A stretch of DNA of 26,465 nucleotides from a virus (taxonomy: Duplodnaviria; Caudoviricetes), in IMG/VR virus record IMGVR_UViG_3300037991_003356, positions 1 through 26,465 of that record; one strand, given 5' to 3'. This document shows positions 17,601 to 24,302 of this stretch, piece by piece. The notes under the pieces were generated by a model. That model saw only the letters and a program-made list of their open reading frames with translations, was not told where the DNA came from and did not search any database. The translations under genes were made by a program, and so were the position numbers. Position 1 is the stretch's first letter, and each line of letters begins with the position of its first letter.

Positions 17601-18553
17601 GAGATACATTCTCAAGTACGATTACATTTAGAGATCAATACGATAACGTAGGTAGCGGATCTGTTACTGCAACAGTATTTGGTAACCAATCACCAGTAGC
17701 AAACTTTACTAGAACTAATCTATATGAAACTAATAATGCTACAAGTGGTTCTCAAGCAGGTACATTAGCTGTAACAGATACAGAAAACAATTCACCATTC
17801 ACATTCACTTTGGCTGGTGTAAATGGAGATAAGTTCGATGTACAAGGGACTTCATCACCATTTAGAGTACAACCAACTGGATCATTAGATGGTGGTACTT
17901 TCTTTGTAGATATAACCGTAACTGATAATTACGGAGAAAGTGTAACATTAACTAGTGAATCAATAATAGTAACTAGGTCGCTGGATTATGGAGAAGTGTA
18001 CGTATATAATTCAACACTTGGAAGTGATGCAGCATTAACAAATAACTACTTGGCGGCAATGGGTGCTTCAACAGTCAATGGAGACACTCCACCTCAAGTA
18101 ACTGCTTTATCAGCAGCTTCACAATCATTATTCGCAGGATTAATATCTGGTTCAATTGGTAGTTCTAAAATAGTACTATCAGGAGGAGAATCAGCAACAT
18201 TACTCGCTAGCGGTAGTGGAGTGAATTTAGATACTGTCTTATCAGGCTCAATTGGTACAATATCTACCGCTTCAGCAGGACAGATAGTAGTAGTATATCC
18301 ATCAGGTTCAGACATGTATGTTCCAACTTCTATTGAAGAATCTTTCAATAGTGCAGTAGGAGGAGCAGTACCTGCATTTAATGCTGATGGTGGGGGATTT
18401 GGAATAGAGAGTGGAATAATTCATTCTATCAGACCACAAACATCTTATAAAGGATTTGATGAATGGTTTGTATTTGGTAGAAAAACAAGAAACTCTTATA
18501 GTTCAAACATAGTAGTAAGATTAGTTAACTCAAGTGGTAGTTTACCATCATAA
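14639..18553 (+). CDS. Large virion surface protein with tandem cadherin-like/Ig-like repeats
   Basis: 1304 aa. Cadherin signatures include IAEFVASG...ATDPE, NSAPVF...RNENS, GSLDFETTSSYNFSLTASD and ITDNVVPV...INENSANGTTVDTIAASDAEGD. Confidence 0.75.
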   Translation: MALIKWKQIDPNLGEYGLLTGSLDISGSLLVNGQAVGSTSTTSSHALFAVSASYAISASHEIITEISSSHAQQADTASFVSTAQTASFVSDSIISESAARSGFGAGSGDSTFNGNKVISQAHLPGFFTSSFNAGTTGSVQDFLNAVFFPNTGPSITSATQFNIAEFVASGSTITTLTATDPESQALTFSTQSGYTDDLVRLSSAGVLTLNVTSSTEQFNTDNRGDGTLAHPVLIQVSDTFGGTDTQTIHIDVTANSAPVFRQTSVAGSIITSFTSSRNENSTTGEIAKIYFTDANSDTITIRSGGLDVLSDKFTIARTGSYVSLRQVTGSLDFETTSSYNFSLTASDEHFEGGEDLDARTFLPILVNITDNVVPVVNNQTLDSINENSANGTTVDTIAASDAEGDTITFTAFTLSSLELNSGNVATGSYGGTSQTSDPHENPFSMASNGVVTRKNGVFLNSDIIDTYKYSVKVLDSFNTASAPAIISIPIADDTPATISDNITAASIVESDTSGTSIKTNLYGSTQIDFNSNQAGAFTSSNAAIAIDSSTGVLTLGVNLSGSATQSGATIDSVISFRNTFNTLTTSSLSVTVLGNRVPTASFTEQTANLNDNLATTNTNLTSVTISDPDSDTPYSMSLSGTHASSFNAVPQNANSSSYQIQAASNLAAGLYNYSASIKDNYDEVRNYNRSLSISNAGIGTMTTNGTFHIIESATNETNIVTNANGRTGTQGDLGVTYSGSFGSQGVTSFSSSNAQIAVSNAGALSLGFDLSGSGTASGDSISSNITFVDQYDNIGSGSITVNVVTNHPPFISATSQSNGNENAARGTADLFRLTIADTESDSIPSANLSVTGLTGSLSASVDSPYIYIKANNNNVNAGVYGFTASLADTHSFSTALSASQFTIAAADNGTLTGDTAVYILESTASGAPFRDATGYENGNYAQVGASYSPAYAGATVQSFTSSNAAIVIDGSGNLTLGVTLSGSTTQSGDTFSSTITFRDQYDNVGSGSVTATVFGNQSPVANFTRTNLYETNNATSGSQAGTLAVTDTENNSPFTFTLAGVNGDKFDVQGTSSPFRVQPTGSLDGGTFFVDITVTDNYGESVTLTSESIIVTRSLDYGEVYVYNSTLGSDAALTNNYLAAMGASTVNGDTPPQVTALSAASQSLFAGLISGSIGSSKIVLSGGESATLLASGSGVNLDTVLSGSIGTISTASAGQIVVVYPSGSDMYVPTSIEESFNSAVGGAVPAFNADGGGFGIESGIIHSIRPQTSYKGFDEWFVFGRKTRNSYSSNIVVRLVNSSGSLPS

Positions 18554-18562
18554 ATTATATAG

Positions 18563-19384
18563 ATGCCTTTATTTAGTTCCAAATTAGCATTAACAACAGC
18601 AGCAAGTAGCTCAGGTACAGCCTTAGCTAATGTTGAATTTGTACGTGGTGCTTTTTATTCAGTGGAAAAGGTTTCAGATTTAGATACTATACCAGTTGAA
18701 AGAATAGCACATGATCAAATCGTATGGGTTGAAAGTTCATCGGCTACTTATCAAGCTACTTTTATTCCTGCTGATTTCGAAACAACATTTGTTGATTCAG
18801 CTTCTTGGGGTGTATTTACAGGCTTTGGAGGAGGTGGTGGCGAAACAACTGCTTTAAACGCATTTACAAGTTCAATACAAGCGGAAGTTAATAATCTACA
18901 AGCAGCTACTAGTTCATACGTAACTCTTAGTCAGACAAGCTCTATGACAGTTTTATCTGCTTCATATGCTAAATCTGCATCGATAGAAATACTAACTGAA
19001 ATCTCTTCATCACATGCTCAACAAGCTGACACTGCTTCTTATATAAGCCCAGGTTTAGGTATATCATTTGAAAATGATTCAGTAAAATTAGACACTGGTT
19101 CAACTCATTTTACAAATGCAGTACAAGCATTATCAGATACTAGTATATTTGCATTAACTGGATCAGATTTTTCTACTACAAATAAATTACAAATTACTGG
19201 AAGTTTATCATTACAGTTAGATACTTCCGGTGACGAGCTTGCTATTTATAGTGGAAGTGAGAAGAAGTTTAGTATCACGAATGAAGGAATATTGAGATTG
19301 ACAACTCAATCAGCAAGTCCTACAGCCATCAAAGGAGGGATGTATTTAGATTCAAATTACGATCTATATATAGGACAAGATTAG
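18563..19384 (+). CDS. Putative fibre-associated structural protein
   Basis: 273 aa, Ser/Thr-rich; shares SASYA..ASxEI.TEISSSHAQQADTAS with the upstream cadherin protein. Confidence 0.7.
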   Translation: MPLFSSKLALTTAASSSGTALANVEFVRGAFYSVEKVSDLDTIPVERIAHDQIVWVESSSATYQATFIPADFETTFVDSASWGVFTGFGGGGGETTALNAFTSSIQAEVNNLQAATSSYVTLSQTSSMTVLSASYAKSASIEILTEISSSHAQQADTASYISPGLGISFENDSVKLDTGSTHFTNAVQALSDTSIFALTGSDFSTTNKLQITGSLSLQLDTSGDELAIYSGSEKKFSITNEGILRLTTQSASPTAIKGGMYLDSNYDLYIGQD

Positions 19385-19396
19385 TAAATTGGAGTA

Positions 19397-19404
19397 TATT
19401 TATA
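19397..19404 (+). promoter_or_regulatory. TATTTATA motif, putative late promoter
   Basis: Intergenic, starting 41 nt before ATG 19438. Confidence 0.5.
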
Positions 19405-19437
19405 ATAAAGAAATTGTAACTTAAAACCTTATAGAAA

Positions 19438-22400
19438 ATGCCAACTTGGAAAAAAGTCGTTGTATCCGGATCAGCGATATCACAATTAAATAACGACGCT
19501 AAATACATCACAAACGAAGATGGAGTAGTGTCTTCATCAGCTCAATTAGCAACAGACATTTCAGGATCTTTCCTTTCTGCAAGTACTGTATTTGAAACTA
19601 GGATTGCCGCTCAGGAATCTTTTAGTTCTTCATTAGATGCAGAATTTTTATCAGAAAGTGAATTAATACCTTTAAATACTCATACTGGTTCAGCACTTAC
19701 AAGACTAAATACAATAGAAGCAGCAACTTCTTCTTATGCTACTAAGTTAGCAATGGGAATAGTATCAGCTTCAGCAGAAGGATCAACACAAGGTACAATA
19801 GCTTTAAATGGAGTAGAGGTTAATGTTGGCGGAATAGCTACAGGAGATAGTCCTCAATTTACTGGCATTGAATTAGGTAACGCTTCTGATACTACAATTA
19901 CAAGAGCAGGTGCAGGTCAACTTGCAGTAGAAGGTAACAATTTATTAAGAGCAGCAGGTGATGGCATTTTTTCTTCTTCTCTTCAAATAGGTGACGGTAT
20001 ACTTTCTTCATCAGCTCAAATCGCAGCTGACGTATCTGGATCATTAGGACCTAACGCTGCATTAATCAGATCATTAACAGCAGCAGAGATTTCAGGATCG
20101 ATTGGACCTAACGGAGCATTAATTAGATCTTTAACAGCAGCTGAAATATCCGGTTCATTATCAGCAGCAGCAATAGTTGATTTAGGAGCTAACATAGTTT
20201 CCTCATCAAATCAAGTATTTGCAGGAAGTGGCTTATTATCTGCATCGGCAGAAGGTGATGCACAGGGTCAAATAAAATTTAATGGAGTTAATGTAGATGC
20301 AAATACATTAGGAACAGGTGATTCACCAACGTTTGCTAACTTAACTCTATCAGGAAATCTAACAGTAAATGGTACAACTACTACTATAGATACTACAACA
20401 TTAGATATTGGTGACAATATTATAGCATTAAATGGTACAGCAGCTACATTAGGAGGTCTACATGTTAATGACGGTCCAGTTTCAGGATCAATATTATGGG
20501 ACGGTACTAATGATAGATGGATAGCAGGAGGTTCAGGTTCTGAATCAGCAGTTCTTACTAATTTAGGATACGGAGTAATTTCAGGTTCATCTATAGGATC
20601 ATCTGCACAAGGTGAGGTAGCACTTACTACTAATGGTGTTGCAGCAGCAGCAATTGACTTAGGATTACAAACATCAGATAGTCCACAATTTGCAGGAGTT
20701 AATGTAGGACATGCTTCAGACTCAACTATTACTAGAGTAGCTGCAGGACAAATAGCAATTGAAGGAAATAACTTATTAAGAGCGAGTGTAGACAATGTAA
20801 TGTCAGGTTCAGCTCAGACAGTAGAAAATTTAGTTAATCAAGACGTTGATTTAGGTACTGGAGACTTAACAGGAGTTTCTGGTTCTTTCGATTACGTAGG
20901 AGATAAAGATACAATATTAACTGGATCATTTAGAGGTGATGGTTCTGCACTTACTGGAATTACATCAGTATCTGAAGGAGCTATTCAAAACTTAGGTATA
21001 GGAATTGTTTCTTCCTCAGCAGGTGTTGCTAACCTAGGAGCAGGTATAGTATCTGGTTCTTCTATAGCTTCAGATAATCAAGGTGAAGTAGCATTAACTA
21101 CAAACGGAGTAGCTGCTACAGCAGTAGATTTAGGATTACAGACTTCTGATAGTCCACAGTTTGCAGGTGTAAATGTAGGACACGCTAGTGATACTACTAT
21201 AACAAGAGCAGCAGCAGGCCAGCTAGCAGTAGAAGGTAATAACTTATTAAGAGCAGATGTAGACGGAGTATTAAGCGGTTCAGCTCAAATAGCAGCAGAT
21301 ATTTCTGGTTCATTATCAGCAGCAGCTATTGTAGCATTACAAGCAAATATAGTTTCATCATCAGCTCAGGTAACTGCAGGAAGTGGATTCGTTTCAGCAT
21401 CAGCAGAAGGTGACAATCAAGGTCAAATAAAATTAAATGGTGTAGCTGTAGATACTAAGGATTTAGGAACAGGAGATTCTCCTACGTTTGCTAACTTAAC
21501 ACTATCTGGTAACTTAACAGTTAACGGTACTACAACAACCATAGATACTGACACATTAAATATAGGTGACAACATCATAGCACTTAATGGTGATGCAGCT
21601 GCCAACGGAGGTATAGAAGTAAATGACGGTCCAGCATCTGGTTCTTTATTATGGAACGGAACTGATAATAGATGGGTAGCAGGAGCTAAAGGATCTGAAT
21701 CAGCAGTTCTTACTAATTTAGGATACGGAGTATTATCTGGATCAGCTGAAGGTGACGCACAAGGTCAAGTTAAACTTAACGGAGTAAATGTAGATGCAAA
21801 TGGAGTAGCTACTGGAGACAGTCCTCAATTTGCAGGAGTAAATGTAGGTCACGCATCCGATACTACTATAACAAGAGTATCAGCTGGAGTAATAGCTGTA
21901 GAAGGAAATAACCTACTAAGAGCTAATGGAGATGGAATTATGTCATCTTCGTTACAAATTGGAGACGGTATATTATCAAGTTCTGCTCAAATAGCAGCTG
22001 AAATATCAGGATCTGGTAACGTGAGATTCGAAGCTCTTAACACTGTAACAGGATCACTACAAACTCAAATAAATAATTTAGGAACTGAATCAGGATCTGT
22101 TAAAACTAGACTGAATACAATTGAAGCAGCTACTTCATCGTACGCTACTAAGTTAGGATTAGGAATAGTTTCAGCATCAGTATTAAGTTCACCAAGCCAA
22201 GGTACAGTAAGACTTGCAACTAATGGAGTTAATGAAGACGTTGATACAGGACTTCAAGCAGGAGATTCACCAACGTTTGCTAACCTTACATTAACAGGAG
22301 ACTTAACAGTAACTGGTGATAGAATAGAACAGCAAGTAACTAACCTTGCAGTAGAAGATCAGTTCATTACGATTAACTCTGGTGGATCTGCAGCAGATGC

Positions 22401-22617
22401 AGGTATCTTCTTTGAAGGTCAAGGAGCTTCATTTGGATGGGATGAATCAGAAAATAGATTTGCTTTAGACTTCGCAGGAGGTACAGCAAACCAAACAACA
22501 ATTGCAGCAGATGCATATATAGCAGCAGTAGCTAATGATATATCTGATGCAAATTATCAAAAAGATGGTAACTTATTCGTAAGTGCTAGTGGAGATGCAT
22601 TCATCTACGTAACATAA
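19438..22617 (+). CDS. Long repetitive fibre-like structural protein
   Basis: 1059 aa built from recurring modules: DSPQFxGxxxGxASDxTITR...EGNNLLRA x4, DSPTFANLTLxG x3, and many SSSAQIAAxISGS units. Confidence 0.75.
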   Translation: MPTWKKVVVSGSAISQLNNDAKYITNEDGVVSSSAQLATDISGSFLSASTVFETRIAAQESFSSSLDAEFLSESELIPLNTHTGSALTRLNTIEAATSSYATKLAMGIVSASAEGSTQGTIALNGVEVNVGGIATGDSPQFTGIELGNASDTTITRAGAGQLAVEGNNLLRAAGDGIFSSSLQIGDGILSSSAQIAADVSGSLGPNAALIRSLTAAEISGSIGPNGALIRSLTAAEISGSLSAAAIVDLGANIVSSSNQVFAGSGLLSASAEGDAQGQIKFNGVNVDANTLGTGDSPTFANLTLSGNLTVNGTTTTIDTTTLDIGDNIIALNGTAATLGGLHVNDGPVSGSILWDGTNDRWIAGGSGSESAVLTNLGYGVISGSSIGSSAQGEVALTTNGVAAAAIDLGLQTSDSPQFAGVNVGHASDSTITRVAAGQIAIEGNNLLRASVDNVMSGSAQTVENLVNQDVDLGTGDLTGVSGSFDYVGDKDTILTGSFRGDGSALTGITSVSEGAIQNLGIGIVSSSAGVANLGAGIVSGSSIASDNQGEVALTTNGVAATAVDLGLQTSDSPQFAGVNVGHASDTTITRAAAGQLAVEGNNLLRADVDGVLSGSAQIAADISGSLSAAAIVALQANIVSSSAQVTAGSGFVSASAEGDNQGQIKLNGVAVDTKDLGTGDSPTFANLTLSGNLTVNGTTTTIDTDTLNIGDNIIALNGDAAANGGIEVNDGPASGSLLWNGTDNRWVAGAKGSESAVLTNLGYGVLSGSAEGDAQGQVKLNGVNVDANGVATGDSPQFAGVNVGHASDTTITRVSAGVIAVEGNNLLRANGDGIMSSSLQIGDGILSSSAQIAAEISGSGNVRFEALNTVTGSLQTQINNLGTESGSVKTRLNTIEAATSSYATKLGLGIVSASVLSSPSQGTVRLATNGVNEDVDTGLQAGDSPTFANLTLTGDLTVTGDRIEQQVTNLAVEDQFITINSGGSAADAGIFFEGQGASFGWDESENRFALDFAGGTANQTTIAADAYIAAVANDISDANYQKDGNLFVSASGDAFIYVT
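20023..20160 (+). repeat. 19-codon (57-nt) tandem coding repeat AAxxSGSxGPNxALIRSLT
   Basis: AADVSGSLGPNAALIRSLT / AAEISGSIGPNGALIRSLT / AAEISGSL. Confidence 0.75.
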
Positions 22618-22656
22618 TTAAATAAAAATAAAAAGTAAACCTAAAAATAATAAAAA

Positions 22657-23904
22657 ATGGCCTGGAAAAAGATAGTAGTTAGCGGTTCAACAGCCCAACT
22701 TTCAACTCTAAACGTAGATAGTACAGTAGTAGCAGATCAGCTGTCTGGTTCGTTTAGTGGTTCGTTTGCTGGTAACGGAGCGAACTTAACAAATATAAAC
22801 GTAGGACAATTAGCAACTGTATCCTCTACCTTTAGTAATCAAACATCAATATCTGTTCAACATAACTTTGACAGTGAAGATATTCATGTATCAGTATATG
22901 GTGCATCTAATGAATATATTATTCCTGCTACAGTTGTGATTGATGATGCAGATAATGTAACTATTACGTTTGGTACATCAACTTCTGGTAAAGCAGTTGT
23001 ATCGAGAGGTGGTCACCTACTATCAGGTTCAGTACCTTTTGATAATATAATCGATAAACCTTTATTATTCTCTGCATCAGCAGAAGGATCTGCACAAGGA
23101 ACTATAGCATTAAATGGAGTAGATGTAAATATTAATGCTATGCAAACTGGAGACTCTCCTCAATTTGCTGGAATAGAAGTAGGCCATGCTTCTGACAGTA
23201 CAATTACAAGAGCAGGTGCTGGTCAAATTGCTATCGAAGGAAATAACTTATTAAGAGCAAATGGAGATAATATATTCTCCTCTTCTCTACAAATTGGCGC
23301 AGGTATACTTTCATCTTCAGCTCAAATTGCTGCAGAAATTTCTGGATCAGGTAATGTAAGATTTGAAGCTATAAATTCAGCTACTTCTTCTTATGCTACT
23401 AAATTAGGTTTAGGAATAGTTTCTGCTTCAGCGGAAGGAGATGCTCAAGGTCAGGTTAAATTAAATGGCGTTAACGTAAATGTTAACGGTATGCAAACTG
23501 ACGATAACGTAACATTTGCTACTGTAACTACTACAGGTGATGTAACAATAGCAGGAGATTTAAATGTAACAGGTGATACAATACAGGCACAGGTAACTAA
23601 CCTGAACGTAGAAGATAAATTTATTCTACTTAACTCAGGAAGTAACTCAGGTGATGCTGGTATAGTATTCGGTGGAGCAGGAGGAAATACAGCTAACACA
23701 GGTGATGGTATATTCTATGATGATTCAGATTCAGTATTTGCTTATGCAGAAAATATTGCTTCTAACGCAACAACAGCAACAAATGCTTCTAAATTAGGAA
23801 ATATTGAAGTAGCTTCATCTAATCCTTCATCAGCACCAACATTCCAAGGTATAGGTACTATTCATATAAATGATAGTGACGAAGGAATTTGGATCTATAG
23901 TTAA
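22657..23904 (+). CDS. Fibre-like structural protein, paralogue of its neighbours
   Basis: 415 aa starting MAWKKIVVSGS; has one HNF beta domain shared with 24303 and DSPQF/TITR modules shared with 19438. Confidence 0.75.
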   Translation: MAWKKIVVSGSTAQLSTLNVDSTVVADQLSGSFSGSFAGNGANLTNINVGQLATVSSTFSNQTSISVQHNFDSEDIHVSVYGASNEYIIPATVVIDDADNVTITFGTSTSGKAVVSRGGHLLSGSVPFDNIIDKPLLFSASAEGSAQGTIALNGVDVNINAMQTGDSPQFAGIEVGHASDSTITRAGAGQIAIEGNNLLRANGDNIFSSSLQIGAGILSSSAQIAAEISGSGNVRFEAINSATSSYATKLGLGIVSASAEGDAQGQVKLNGVNVNVNGMQTDDNVTFATVTTTGDVTIAGDLNVTGDTIQAQVTNLNVEDKFILLNSGSNSGDAGIVFGGAGGNTANTGDGIFYDDSDSVFAYAENIASNATTATNASKLGNIEVASSNPSSAPTFQGIGTIHINDSDEGIWIYS

Positions 23905-23912
23905 GAAGTTTA

Positions 23913-24176
23913 ATGAAATGGTTGCAAAATATTATGGGATTAAAAGATAAAGTAGCTGAACAAGAAGCTAAAAGAAAACCTATCACTAAAGCCCAAGAAG
24001 AGAAAAAGAAACCTCAAGAGGCTATAGAAAAGATAGTTAAACCTAGAAATACAGGTGCAGTTCTAACAAAAGACGACGCACAGTTTATAATTGCTAAATT
24101 AAGACAAGCTGAATATAAAGGTTCTGAATTTGAGCAATTCTACACAATAATGCAGAAATTACAAAAATTTCTATAA
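23913..24176 (+). CDS. Small charged helical protein, possible fibre assembly chaperone
   Basis: 87 aa (alternative start ATG 23934); last gene before the terminator. Function is inferred from position only. Confidence 0.6.
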   Translation: MKWLQNIMGLKDKVAEQEAKRKPITKAQEEKKKPQEAIEKIVKPRNTGAVLTKDDAQFIIAKLRQAEYKGSEFEQFYTIMQKLQKFL

Positions 24177-24181
24177 AAATT

Positions 24182-24201
24182 GGCCTTAGGGCCTTTTTTT
24201 T
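24182..24201 (+). terminator. Probable Rho-independent terminator
   Basis: GGCC-TTAG-GGCC followed by 8 T, directly after the stop at 24176; the stem is short. Confidence 0.7.
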
Positions 24202-24217
24202 ATTATATTATATAGAC

Positions 24218-24225
24218 TATTTATA
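24218..24225 (+). promoter_or_regulatory. TATTTATA motif, putative late promoter
   Basis: Lies after the terminator and 11 nt before the structured GC-rich leader. Confidence 0.55.
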
Positions 24226-24236
24226 TTAAACATTTA

Positions 24237-24290
24237 TTGGCCTCCGGGGAAACCTTTGGGGGAAGTGGGCCTGAAAAGGTGACCAACCGT
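24237..24290 (+). ncRNA. Candidate structured cis-regulatory RNA (three-way junction with two GAAA tetraloops)
   Basis: P1 TTGG/CCAA; P2 CCTCC-GGG-GAAA-CCT-tt-GGGGG; P3 GCCT-GAAA-AGGT. GC-rich island in AT-rich DNA ending 12 nt before ATG 24303. Folded by eye. Confidence 0.55.
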
Positions 24291-24302
24291 GAACTGTAGA
24301 TT

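Noticed and set aside
24246-24280. Hammerhead ribozyme or c-di-GMP riboswitch resemblance (GAAAC, CTGAAAA)
   Set aside because: The hammerhead core needs CUGANGA, which is absent (CUGAAAA), and both GAAA runs sit in hairpin loops. The c-di-GMP-I consensus elements are not evident.
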